Shown here one piece after another: positions 25,997 to 37,988 of a stretch of 64,000 bases of DNA (positions are counted from its first letter, which is position 1; each line of letters opens with the position of its first letter). Both the position numbers and the translations under genes were made by a program. A model generated the notes under the pieces. The model ran no database searches, was not told the DNA's origin, and saw only the letters and a program-made list of their open reading frames with translations. Location: positions 132,355,455 to 132,419,454 of the forward strand of contig NC_052151.1 in the NCBI RefSeq assembly GCF_902713615.1, read 5' to 3'. The DNA is from Scyliorhinus canicula. Taxonomy: Eukaryota.

Positions 25997-26681
25997 TTCT
26001 TTCGTTGATTATTCAGTTCACTGATTTGTAAACCACCCCACCTCCAATTACCACAACAAAACATATACAATACAAGATGTTCAGGACTACATAACTTGGG
26101 TAAACTCTTCATCAAACATCTACTTCAGGGTTAACCATATTAATCATGATTCAAAACGTCCAATTACTTCCAAGACTTTCATGGAGGGCAACAAAGCATA
26201 GGCTCTTTTCTTCTTTCTCATCCTGCCCAGTCAAACCATTTTCTGAGGTACACTATCACCCCATGCCCCTCAGGCACCAAAGTATAGAACTAGTCAATTT
26301 AGTCCTCAGGTTAACTAACTAATCAGCAGATTTCTCCAAAGCAGTTGTGATGATGCCATAACACATCTACCACCCACTTCTTGTTTTCCTGCTCTGCAGT
26401 CCTTGTGCTAATGGGTGTGCAGCAGGGAACTGAAGGATTTCAACACAACTGCAATAAAGGAACAGCAATACATGTCCAAGGTGAGGTCCATCACAATAAG
26501 TAGTCGAGACAAATAACATTGCTGTATTTAATTGTAAGTTGGGTGATTATGAGGGCAATGTGCCCTCTGAGCTGCTCAGCAACTCAAAAGTTCCCACACA
26601 TGCCTTTGAGCAAAAAAAAATGGTATGTTGCACAATGAAAGAGGAATAACAGGCTATGTCAATTGAATTAGGCGAATTAAA

Positions 26682-26870
26682 TGAAATGAAATGAAAATGA
26701 AAATTGCTTATTGTCACGAGTAGGCTTCAATGAAGTTACTGTGAAAAGCCCCTAGTCGCCACATTCCGGCGCCTGTCCGGGGAGGCTGGTACGGGAATCG
26801 AACCGTGCTGCTGGCCTGCTTGGTCTGCTTTAAAAGCCAGCAATTAGCCCTGTGAGCTAAACCAGCCCCT
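26682..26870 (-). mobile_element. tRNA-derived SINE with (CATTT)n tail
   Basis: Near-identical to 57358-57535, with B box GGTTCGATTCC on the minus strand. Confidence 0.85.
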
Positions 26871-28651
26871 GAGGGTGGGAGGAGACCCCTGTGAAGTATA
26901 CACATTAAATATAAACCTGCTAGGACGAATGGCCCAATTCTGTGCTGTAAATACTTTTACTACGTGAATTGTGAGCAGAGCTTAAGTGATGGTGTTGCCT
27001 TGATCTTGCTGCTTTTTTGTCCTTGGCGGTAGTGTCCAAAATTACAATCAAAGTAAGCTTGCTGTAGTACGTACTGTAGATAATACATTCTGAATGCACA
27101 GCAGAGTGGCAAAGGGGGTGGGATAGTGAGTCCAGTGGCACCACTCAAATAGGATGGACATGCAGAAATGTTGAAAAGTAGTATATTCCAAATAGCCTCT
27201 CAACATTATTCTTCATAAAGAAAAATGACTCCAAAAAGGTTACAATTTTATGCATTTAGCGCCAAGCAGGGTTTGGTTATATAATTGTAACATCTAGGAA
27301 GCCTGGGGAATGTTAATTTCAGGCCCACAAGTTTCGAGTTTGGTCTAGGAAAATGAAGCCAAATTGAACAGATGTCAGGGGCGCGTTTTTACAACTACGT
27401 CTAGAAAGACAATGATTGTTTGGGACAATGATCGTTTTCAGGAGTAGCCAACATAATCCTGAAGTTTAATACTACTTTAGGTCACAAATCAACTCAAAAT
27501 TGCTTAAAAAAACCCTTGTGTATTGATTTCCAGTTTAACATATTGAAAATAAAAACTTCATAAATTAGAATCAGGAAAGCAAAAGCCACAGGAGTAAGCT
27601 AAGTCATTGTAAGTAGGAAAAGAAACGCTAAAAGGGGAGGTCAAGTATCAGGCAAGTCAATCATGTAACTAGTGGCGTGACATATTAAATTAAAAACCTA
27701 AACGTGATAATGACTCCCCTCCGGGGAGAGAACACAAGAGGTGATTGTCTCCCTGGACGCAGAAAAGGCCTTTGACAGAGTCGAATGGAAATACCTCAGA
27801 GGTACTGGAGTGTTTCGGGCTTGGAACAGGGTTCACCTCCTGGGTAAAGCTCCTATACAACACTCCCATGGCGAGCGTACGGACCAACAATACCAACTCC
27901 CAACTGCACAGGGGCACCAGACAAGGATGCCCACTGTCCCCGCTGCTGTTCGCCCTAGCGATCGAACCGCTAGCAATTGCGCTCAGGGCAGCAAAAAGCT
28001 GGAGGGGGATCCGAAGGGGAGGCAGAGAGCACAGAGTATCACTCTATGCAGATGACCTGCTCCTCTACATTTCGGACCCAGAGCAGCATGGGCGGAATCA
28101 TTGCGCTCCTGAGGGGGGGGGGGGGGGGGCAGCACTAAAGGAGCTGCCATTTAAACAAGCCCAACACAAATTCCGCTACCTGGGGATCCAAATAACCCAT
28201 GACTGGAAAGGGATCCACAAATGGAACCTCACCAGTCTGGCGGAGGAAGTAAAAAAGGACCGGCAAAGATGAAACACTCTCCCACTCTCTCTCACGGGGG
28301 GCGGGGGGTCCAGACGATCAAAATGAACGTACTGCCCAGGTTCCTCTTCTTGTTTAGATCCATCCCGATCTACATCCCCAAGGCCTTTTTCAAAGCGCTG
28401 GACAAACTAATCATGGCGTTCGTATGGGGGGTAAAAATGCTAGGATCCCAAAGAAGGTCCGACAAAAAACAAAAAAGCTCTCCCAAACCAACAATTCTAC
28501 CACTGGGCAGCAACAGCCGAGCGAATAAAGGGATGGATCAAGGAGCCAGAGGCCGAACGGGTGCACGCGGAGGAGGCCTCCTGCGTGGGGAACTCCCTCC
28601 AGGCACTCGCCACGGCAGCACTCCCATCCCTACCCAAAAAACACTCCAGCA

Positions 28652-28877
28652 AGGGCAGCACGGTGGCCGAATGGTTAGCACAACCGCCTCACGGCGCTGA
28701 GGTCCCAGGTTTGATCCCGGCTCTGGGCACTGTCCGTGTGGAGTTTGCACATTCTCCCCGTGTCTGCGTGGGTTTTGCCCTCACACCCAAAAAAAAAATG
28801 TGCAGAGTAGGTGAATTGGCCATGCTAAATTGCCCCTTAATTGGAAAAAATAATTGGGTAATATAAATTTAAAAACA
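28652..28877 (+). mobile_element. Short A-tailed HE1-related SINE
   Basis: 16-bp TSD AAAAAACACTCCAGCA (28636-28651, 28878-28893). Confidence 0.9.
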
Positions 28878-29273
28878 AAAAAACACTCCAGCAGCCCGGT
28901 GGTGATAGCCACCCTCCAATCCTGGAACCAACTGCGGCAGCAATTTGGCCTGACCAAAATGTCGGACAAAGCTCCCATCTACAACAACCATAGGTTCACA
29001 CCAGCACTGACTGACGCCACCTTCAAAAGGTGAGGCAGGACGGAGGGACACTGTCAGTCAGGGACCTATACACGGACGGCAGGGTCGCAACACTGGACGA
29101 ACTGACAGAGAAATTTCAGCTAGCCAGGGGGAGTGAGCCAAGGTATCTGCAGCTTAAAAACTTCCTAGGAAAGGAGACAAGGACGTACCCACAACCGCCA
29201 CGGCAGACACTACTGGAAGAACTACTGGACGCAAGCATACTAGACAAGGGAAACTGTAGTGACATGTACGACC

Positions 29274-29537
29274 TGTGGTGATCACAAGTTAACTAGATGC
29301 AATACAACTGAGCAAACACTAGAGGGGGCACGGGAGAGACATATAAATAGACGGGGACAGGAAGTGAGGACACACTTCACAGAGGGCAGAACTTGGAGCA
29401 GGACACATACACCCACACCAGCTAGGAGTACTGAAGGTAACCTTAGGAAACAGCTCTGAAGAGAGAACGAACTCACAATAAAGCATCTTCTCCACATTTG
29501 AGACTACGAGCTTTATTAAGACACGAGTAACAACACA
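29274..29537 (+). mobile_element. Solo LTR (264 bp) nested in the L1
   Basis: TGTG...CACA termini, 5-bp TSD CGACC (29269-29273, 29538-29542), TATA box ~29342, AATAAA 29477-29482. Confidence 0.88.
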
Positions 29538-31608
29538 CGACCGACTGACAGAAAGGGCCGACACCGTACTGGACGCAACAAGAAAGAAATGGGAGGAGGA
29601 CCTGGGGATTGAGATAGGGTGGGGACTCTGGAGCGAAGCACTGCATAGGGTCAACTCCACCGCCACGTGCGCAAGGCTCAGCCTGACACAGCTAAAAGTG
29701 GTACATAGAGCCCACTTAACAAGAACCCATATGAGTAGGTTCTTCCCGGAGGTGGAGGATAGATGTGAACGATGCCAAGGAGGCCCGGCCAACCACGCCC
29801 AGATGTTCTGGTCTTGCCCCAGACTTGTGGAGTACTGGACAGCCTTCTTTGAGGCAATGTCCAAAGTGGTGGGGGTGAGGGTGGAGCCATGTCCGAAAGT
29901 GGCAGTCTTCGGGGTCTCGGACCAGCCAGATCTATTCCTGGGGAGGAGGGCGGACGCCCTTGCCTTTGCCTCCCTGATCGCCCGCCGGAGAATCCTGTTT
30001 GGCTGGAGGTCAGCAGCACCACCCAGAGCTGCAGACTGGCTGTCCGACCTCTCGGAATCTCTCCAAACGGAGAAAACCAAATTCGCCATCCGAGGGTCAG
30101 ACGACAGCTTCCACAGAACGTGGGAGCCATTCACGCGAATGTTCCGTGACCTGTTTGTGGTCAACGAACAAGAGGAAGACTAGCCAGGTAGCCAAGAATC
30201 AGGGGAAAGTAGTCAAGAATCAGGTGATGGTAGCCAAGGCATGAAAGGGAGAGAAAGAGAACAGCTAAACCTGAGGAAAGAAAGGTGAACCACGGGGGGG
30301 GGGGGGGGGGAAGACAGCTAAACCTGAGGAAAGAAAGGCGAACCGTGGAGGGGGGGGAGAAAACAAGAGAGAGGAGAACCAGCGGGGTGGGGCAGGGAAA
30401 CAGGAGCCGGAAGGAAGGCACGGGATGCCAAAATGTGCATGACATCTCTCCAGGAGTGGGGAACGAGGAAAATAAAGGTGGAAGACTGGAGGAGCAGCAG
30501 AAGCGGAGGCAAGCGCGGGACGGCAGCGAGACCCGTCTGGGAGAAGCAGGCGACAACACAAAACACAGCCAAGTATCGCACACTGTAATTATCTCCCCGG
30601 CACCCAAATGTATATTTGCCTCCCCAATCCCCGCCCCCCGCAAACAGTCGCCTACTTACGTGGTGTAAATAATTCTGTGTACACAACGGTAATTATACCT
30701 TGTTCAAAAACCCAATTAAAAAACATTTATAAAAAAAAAATAAAAACCTAAAGTTCTTAGTAGTCCATACAGCCTCTCCACAACCCCTGCAATCTTTAGG
30801 CTTTTATGACCACTTATACAGTGCGCCATCACAAACCAGCCAGTACAGTTATTGTGCAAGGTGGTGAAAAGGAGGAGAAAAACAAACTGTGGTTAATTTA
30901 AGCAATTGCTTTGGGACATACTTCCGTGACTCCGTAAAGGCCAGGCTTTCACGCTCACCTTAATGGATGTTCCTTCCCAAAATGTAGTCAGTGTGGTGAC
31001 GGAGTTGCATTAATGTCACACAGGACAAGTTACTTACTTGGATGTCACAACCAAACAGCATTCATGGTCACTCTTCAGGTGCCAATCCCACAAATAACAA
31101 GGCTGACAATTTAATTTTACAAAACACCACAATAGGGTTTCAACTCAAACTGGATTGTTGCTCACTACCAATCACTGGACATGTATTATCCACTCGAGTC
31201 AAAACATAACGCAACAAGAATGAGTACGGGGAGTTGATCAAAGACAGTTAAAAGCAGTTTTTGAGGCGGTTTAAGATGATCTGTAGCAAAGTAACAGGTA
31301 TAAACACAAAATTCCAGCTAGCAGGGATGCTATTGACATTGCTTAAAGAAAACAGTAGGCCAGTGTCTGAACGGTGTAGGTGGTTGCAGACATAAGATCA
31401 AAGAGCAGGGAGGAATCTGCAACTATGAAGCTGTTTGCAATAGGAACAGGAGCTGGCCATTCAATCCTTTGAGACTGCCCAGCCATTCAATAAGATCATA
31501 GCCCATTGGGATGTGGTCTGTGTTATGCATTTTATGTCTTGTCTGGATCTCAAAATTCACGTTTTCTTATAGTTCGACTGCTGAAGCAATAAATGTACAG
31601 TTGCAATG

Positions 31609-31938
31609 GGTGCGATTCTCCACAACGGCCGATGCGAAACCCGGAGTGTTTCACGACGGCATCGGAGGCCGCTCCTCGCCACCGGCGTCAAGGCAGTGAG
31701 CCGATAATGACATGGCTGGCGGCGCCTACATGACGTCAGCCGCGCATGCGCGGTTGCCGTCTTCCCCTCCGCTGCCCTGCAAGACGTGGCGGCTTGATCT
31801 TGCGGGGCGGCGGAGGGGAAAGAGTGGCGTCTCTTGGAGACGCCGGCCCGATGATCGGTGGGCACGCCATTTTGGGGGGGGGGGGGGGGGGGGGGGTGAG
31901 AGAATCGCAATGCTAACCACTGTGCCACGTGCTGCCCC
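31609..31938. mobile_element. GC-rich Harbinger-type MITE joined to a 29-bp SINE head
   Basis: gcgattctc...gagaatcgc inverted ends, followed by a reverse SINE head. The unit is flanked by the 12-bp direct repeat ACAGTTGCAATG. Confidence 0.7.
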
Positions 31939-32176
31939 ACAGTTGCAATGTTAATCTCCTCCAGCATCTACTTGTGTATTGATTGACGTTGAAAGTTGCC
32001 ATGACGAAAAGCACAACAAACTGGTGATGAGGCGACGGGTCCTTACAGTAAGGCCATCCGAAAATTAAAGTGAAGAAACTTTATTTTTCAACTGCAAACC
32101 ACACGTTGGCTTTGAACTGCACAGCAGAAAAAAGGCTGACAGGAAGTTGCTGAGTTAGAGCAAAAGAAAGTTATGA

Positions 32177-32885
32177 TTCTTCGTGTTTTTTTTGAAGCAG
32201 TCCACTACCTTTTCCTAGCTCAGAAAATATTTTTCAAACTGACATTTCCAATAAGGGGGAGGAATGCGCTATTCATTATATGTCTCGCCTGGCTTGCTGT
32301 ACTTTGCAACCCAGTGCATTATGAGATTGTAGGACCCATATTTTCTTGTTCGACTTGTTTAAAAATAAAAGATTAATGCAGCTGATTGAAAGATTTAAAA
32401 GAAAAAACCAGCAATCAAAAATCTGTAGCTTTAAGCTACAGATCTCCCAACCACTCCCAATAAAATCTACTTCATTACAATTAGAGTGAAATGCTGAAAC
32501 CTTTGTTTTAAAAGCACTCTAAAGCGAAAGGAAATGTCTTTAAACACTCCTTCTAAATGAGAGCATATTTATGCTTCAAGCTCACTGCAGTACTAAAGCT
32601 GGAATACTGTGTAATTGATACCTTTGTTGAAAAATAAAAACTTTATACCCTGCAAGTAAGCACCACCTGCATGGTCACACATTGGAACTGGAGATAGTTA
32701 TAATTCTTCGTGTTTTTTTTTTGAAGCAGTCCACTACCTTTCCCTAGCTCAGAAAATGTTTTTCAAACTGACATTTCCAATAAGGAGGAGGAATGCGTTA
32801 TTCATTATATGTCTCGTCTGGCTTGCTGTACTTTGCAAACCAGTGCATTATGGGATTGTAGGCCCCATATTTTCTTGTTCGACTA
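32177..32885. repeat. Local duplication of a ~180-bp segment (~32177-32355 and ~32705-32885)
   Basis: Two near-identical copies differing by a few substitutions. Confidence 0.9.
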
Positions 32886-32974
32886 CTGAAGCAATAAAGG
32901 ACAGTTGAAATGTTAATTACTCCAATGTCTATATGTGTACCGATTGGTCTCGAATGGTAACAGAACAAAATGAA

Positions 32975-34130
32975 CTACACTTTCCTGTCTGCTCCTATTA
33001 TAACCCTGGACTCCTTTATCTATCAAAAATCTAATCAACTCTGTCTTGAATAAATTCAATGACCTAGTCTCCACTGCTTTATGGGAACAGAATTCCACGC
33101 ACTAATGACCAGAGAAATAAGTTCTCCCATCTCTGTCTTAAAATAGAGACCTCTTATTCCTTTTTTTAAATTTAGAGTACCCACATTTTTTCCAATTAAG
33201 GGGCAATTTAGTCTGACCAATCCACCCACTCAGCACATCTTTGGGTTGTGGGGCAAAACCCACGCAAACATGGGGAGAACGTGCAAACTCCATACAGACA
33301 GTGACCCAGGGCCAGGATCGAACCTGGGACCTCAGCGCTATGAGGCAGCAGTGTAAATCACTACTCCATGGTGCTGCCAAGAGACCTCTTATTCTTAAAC
33401 CTGTGTTCCCTAGTTCAAGTCTCCCCTACAAGTAGAAACATCCTCTCAGTATCTACCCTGACAGGTAACCTCAGGATTTCATATGTTTCGTTAAGATCAC
33501 CTCTCATTCTTCTAAACTCCAATGGATATCGACCCAATCGATTCAACCTTCCTTTATAAAAGATAAGCCCCTCATGCCAGGAATGACTCGAGTGAACCTT
33601 CTCTGAATTGCTTCTAATGCAATTATATATATTTTCAAATAAAGAGACCAGAACTGGACACAGTACTCCAGATTGTGTCTGATCAAGGCGTTGTAAAGAT
33701 GCAATAAAACTTATCTACTTTTGTATTCCATTCCCCTTTCATGGTAGCAGAGTGGTTAGCACTGTTGCTTCACAGTGCCAGGGTCCCAGGTTCGATTCGC
33801 GGCTTGGGTCACTGTCTGTATGGAGTCTGCACATGCTCCCTGTATCTGTGTGGGTTTCCTCCGGGTACTCCGGTTTCCTTCCACAAGTCCCGAAACGTTA
33901 GGTGAATTGGTTTTCTGAATTCTCCCTCAGTGTACCCGGACAGGCCCCAGAGTGTGACGACTAGGGAATTTTCACAGTACCTTCATTGCAGTGTTAATGT
34001 AAGCCTACTGGTGACACCAAAAGATTATATGCCAACATTCCATTTGCCTTCCTAACTAGTTGCTACACCTGCACATTAATATTTTATAATTAATGTATTG
34101 GGACTCCCAGATCCCTCTGAACCACCAAGT
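32975..34130 (-). mobile_element. CR1 3' fragment containing two SINEs (33160-33379 minus; ~33740-34028 plus)
   Basis: CR1-like sequence on the minus strand. The first SINE has a 15-bp TSD AGAGACCTCTTATTC (33145-33159, 33380-33394). Confidence 0.75.
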
Positions 34131-34974
34131 TTTGATAATTGGTTAGAGATGAGCAGTATTTAACATGGGATAGCACATGGCAAGAGTTTTTGTACAATTA
34201 CAAAAAAAAAGTATTTATATCCTCAATTAAGTATTTTTGAAGTGTAGTCATTGTGTTGCAGAGCACTTCTTGGGTACTAACAAGATCAAATAGGTGAAAA
34301 ACAAAAAGTTGGAAATGTACAGCATATCAGTCAGCATTTGTGGAGAAGGCAATCAGTTAACATCTCAGGTTAGCACCCAATTAGAAAAGTCAAACATGAA
34401 GATGACAAGACGTGAGAAAATTGTACTGGCAAAGGATGAACTGAATTGCATTATAACCAGGGGATCTAAGGTAGCAATAAGCAATGTGGATTTTCTGGAA
34501 TACCACCAAGTATGCACCGAATGGCCTCCTTCTGCATTGTAAGGATTCTACATACACAAGAAATTCTAACTCGACAGCAATCGTGATTAATAATGGGATC
34601 AGCGGTTATGGGGAGAAGGCAGGTGAGCAAAATATCATTAAATATTATTAATTTGACAGTCAACCTTTTGAAAAAATATATCTCAAGACATTTCAATCAA
34701 TGTAAATTTTGTAATCGGACTTTAGATTAGTCAAATCAATATATTCAGACCTATGGGTGTCTAGGTATAGAGATATTTTGATTTGGTAAATGCTTGTTTT
34801 TATTTAAAAGTCTCGCCACGAGCTAAAACTATCACTTGGACACTAGGGGCCGGGTAAACCTGTTGACTTTTGAACAGACTTCATTTCCCAGAAATGACAT
34901 CAAAAAACGTCACATAACCCGGTCATATGGGGGGGGGGGGAGAAGGGTCAGGAACCGGGCCCAGGGTTTTTTTT

Positions 34975-36773
34975 GGGGGGGGGGGGGGGGGGGGGGTCGG
35001 GAGCCCGGAAGGGGGGGGGGGGTCGGGAGCCGGAAGGGGGGGGGGTCGGGAGCCCGGAAGGGGGGGGGGGGTCGGGAGCCGGGAGCCCGGAAAAGGGGGG
35101 GGGGGGGGGTCGGGAGCCGGAAAGGGGGGGGGGGGGGGGGGTCGGGAGCCCGGAAAGGGGGGGGGGGGGGGGTCGGAGCCCGGAAAGGGGGGGGGGGGGG
35201 GAGGGTCGGGAGCCGGAAAGGGGGGGGGGGGGGTCGGGAGCCCGGAAAGGGGGGGGGGGTCGGGAGCCCGGAAAGGGGGGGGGGGGGGGGTCGGGAGCCC
35301 GGAAAGGGGGGGGGGGGGGGTCGGGAGCCCGGAAAGGGGGGGGGGGGGGTCGGGAGCCCGGAAAGGGGGGGGGGGGGGGGTCGGGAGCCCGGAAAGGGGG
35401 GGGGGGGGGGGGGGGTCGGGAGCCCGGAAAGGGGGGGGGGGGTCGGGAGCCCGGAAAGGGGGGGGGGGGGTCGGGAGCCCGGAAAGGGGGGGTGGGGTCG
35501 GGAGCCCGGAAAGGGGGGGGGGGGGGGGGGTCGGGAGCCCGGAAAGGGGGGGGGGGGGGTCGGGAGCCCGGAAAGGGGGGGGGGGGTCGGGAGCCCGGAA
35601 AGGGGGGGGGGGGGTCGGGAGCCCGGAAAGGGGGGGTGGGGTCGGGAGCCCGGAAAGGGGGGGGGGGGGGGGGTCGGGAGCCCGGAAAGGGGGGGGGGGG
35701 GGTCGGGAGCCGGAAAGGGGGGGGGGGGGGTCGGGAGCCCGGAAAGGGGGGGGGGGGGGGGTCGGGAGCCCGGAAAGGGGGGGGGGGGGGGTCGGGAGCC
35801 CGGAAAGGGGGGGGGGGGGGTCGGGAGCCCGGAAAGGGGGGGGGGGGGGGGTCGGGAGCCCGGAAAGGGGGGGGGGGGGGGGGTCGGGAGCCCGGAAAGG
35901 GGGGGGGGGGGTCGGGAGCCCGGAAAGGGGGGGGGGGGGGGTCGGGAGCCGGAAAGGGGGGGGGGGGGGTCGGGAGCCCGGAAAGGGGGGGGGGGGGGTC
36001 GGGAGCCCGGAAAGGGGGGGGGGGGGGGTTCGGGAGCCCGGAAAGGGGGGGGGGGGGGTCGGGAGCCCGGAAAGGGGGGGGGGGGGGTTCGGGAGCCCGG
36101 AAAGGGGGGGGGGGGTCGGGAGCCCGGAAAGGGGGGGGGGGGTCGGGAGCCCGGAAAGGGGGGGGGGGTCGGGAGCCCGGAAAGGGGGGGGGGGGTCGGG
36201 AGCCCGGAAAGGGGGGGGGGTCGGGAGCCGGAAAGGGGGGGGGGGGGGTCGGGAACCCGGAAAGGGGGGGGGGGTCGGGAGCCCGGAAAGGGGGGGGGGG
36301 GTCGGGAGCCGGAAAGGGGGGGGGGGGGGGGGTCGGGAGCCCGGAAAGGGGGGGGGGGGGTCGGGAGCCCGGAAAGGGGGGGGGGGGGTCGGGAGCCCGG
36401 AAAAGGGGGGGGGGGGGGTCGGGAGCCCGGAAAGGGGGGGGGGGGTCGGGAGCCCGGAAAGGGGGGGGGGGGGGGTCGGGAGCCCGGAAAGGGGGGGGGG
36501 GGGGTCGGGAGCCCGGAAAGGGGGGGGGGTCGGGAGCCCGGAAAGGGGGGGGGTCGGGAGCCCGGAAAGGGGGGGGGGGGGGGGTCGGGAGCCCGGAAAG
36601 GGGGGGGGGGGGGGGTCGGGAGCCCGGAAAGGGGGGGGGGGGGTCGGGAGCCCGGAAAGGGGGGGGGGGGGTCGGGAGCCCGGAAAGGGGGGGGGGGGGT
36701 CGGGAGCCCGGAAAGGGGGGGGGGGGGGGGTCGGGAGCCCGGAAAGGGGGGGGGGGGGGGGTCGGGAACCCGG
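34975..36773 (+). repeat. G-rich minisatellite [G(~10-20)TCGGGAGCCCGGAAA]n, roughly 60 units
   Basis: Direct observation. The G-tract length varies around a nearly invariant core. Confidence 0.97.
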
Positions 36774-36983
36774 CTCGGGGTTTGGGGATCAGGAAACGGG
36801 TCCGGGGGGCCAGGAGCCCGGAAGGTGGTCAGGGGCCAGGCCGGGGAAAGGGGTCAGAGGCCGGCGGACTCTCACTATCCCTCAGACGCCTCGCTGTCCC
36901 CCCTGGGCTCAGCCCCGGGTGGGCGGCCGTTTGTTTATCGCTCCGCCCGCCTCCGGCTGCGCGCATTTCAATTCCGGACTCAC

Positions 36984-37082
36984 CATGTACCAGGTTCCGA
37001 GGATAATGGTGCCGGTGCGGACATGGCAGAAAACGCAGCACCAGGTACTGTACAGGCGGCTGCCGACAGATTTGAAAGTCAT
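36984..37082 (-). CDS. LAPTM4A: LAPTM4A exon 1: [33 protein letters not shown]
   Basis: ATG with A at -3 (aaacaATG), ATG|gtgagt donor, 99 nt. Confidence 0.96.
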
Positions 37083-37330
37083 TGTTTTCTGGGGATGGGG
37101 GTCGAGGGACGGCAATAATGTCCGCTCAGCGGCCTGGGCTTTCACCTCGCAGCGCCTCAACCCAATCTGACAAACCACACCCACCAACTGATTGACAGCG
37201 GGCCCCATCCAATCACAGCGCCGAGAGAGGCAGCCGCACAAACAGGCCAATGGGAAGGTGGCAGCGGCTGCGTCACAGAGTTCCACTTTCATTTCGTCAT
37301 CGAGTGGGCAGACTGGCAACGCCTAGTGCC
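37083..37330 (-). promoter_or_regulatory. LAPTM4A: LAPTM4A 5'UTR and proximal CpG-rich promoter with CCAAT boxes
   Basis: CCAAT at 37162, 37209 and 37247 (plus strand); CpG-rich; no obvious TATA box. Confidence 0.7.
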
Positions 37331-37659
37331 TACAAATCCACATCGTCTCTTTGTGGCACGGGGCTGGTCTACTGAGTTCCCCATATCTGCAGTTTCATAC
37401 CTGGCAATAGCTGAGAAGGAAGTCATTGTACCCATCGTTTCTCTGCTGCACCAGATGCCACTACCCTGCCTTTTCTCGTCGCTGCAAGTTTCCCCCCCCC
37501 CCCCCCTGTTCAGCTAATGACAAAATTCCTATGGAAAGCATTAATTGAACCTGCCATCACCACACACTCAGCCAATACATTCCAGATCCAAACCACTTGC
37601 TGTGAGAAAACGATTGCCATTGATTCTTTTGTCAATTACCTTCAATCTGCCAGTGGGTA

Positions 37660-37978
37660 GTAGGGTACCATAGTGGTTAGCAAAGTTGCTTCAAAGCTTC
37701 AGGGTCCCAGGTTCGATTCCCAGCTAGGTCACTGTCTGTGCAGAGTCTGCACGTTCTCCCCGCATCTGCGTGGGTTTCCTCCGGGTGCTCCGGTTTCCTC
37801 CCACAGTCCAAAGATGTGTGGGTTGGGTGGATTGGCCATGCTAAATTGCCCTTGGTGTCCAAACAAATGTTAAGTGGGGGTTACTGGGATAGGGTAGATA
37901 TGTGGGCTTCAGTAGGGTGCTCTTTGTAAGGGCCAGTGCAGACTCAATGGGCCTCCTTCTGCATTGTAAATTCTATGA
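37660..37978 (+). mobile_element. HE1-type SINE
   Basis: Head, B box, core and tail are all present. Confidence 0.85.
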
Positions 37979-37988
37979 TCTGCACCCT

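Larger units (their letters stand above)
27703..30740 (+). mobile_element. 5'-truncated L1/Tx1 LINE with nested SINE and solo LTR
   Basis: RT motifs (LDAEKAFDRVEW, RGTRQGCPLSP, LYADD), Cys-rich C-terminus, polyA tail, 12-bp TSD TAAAAACCTAAA (27691-27702, 30741-30752). Confidence 0.92.
7221..37082 (-). other. LAPTM4A: LAPTM4A gene span (lysosomal-associated transmembrane protein 4A; 7 coding exons, 229 aa)
   Basis: Exons of 99/121/77/123/96/99/75 nt join in frame. The translation resembles human LAPTM4A ([60 protein letters not shown]) much more than LAPTM4B. Confidence 0.97.

Noticed and set aside
26780-26870. tRNA gene
   Set aside because: The A/B boxes belong to a SINE head attached to a repeated tail, and there is no clean cloverleaf.
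34975-36773. CRISPR-like repeat-spacer array
   Set aside because: The spacers are only G homopolymers, the context is eukaryotic, and no cas genes are present.
7221-37082. Assignment as LAPTM4B, suggested by the MTDH-like neighbour
   Set aside because: Diagnostic segments ([37 protein letters not shown]) are LAPTM4A-type.
34836-37170. Three 677-760 aa Gly-rich ORFs
   Set aside because: The minisatellite has no plus-strand stop codons, so all three frames are open. Variable G runs shift frames, and the ORFs are antisense to LAPTM4A.
37083-37319. N-terminally extended LAPTM4A isoform (frame open upstream, reminiscent of LAPTM4B-35)
   Set aside because: The upstream ATGs fall among the CCAAT boxes, probably 5' of the transcription start, and the extension has no recognisable similarity.
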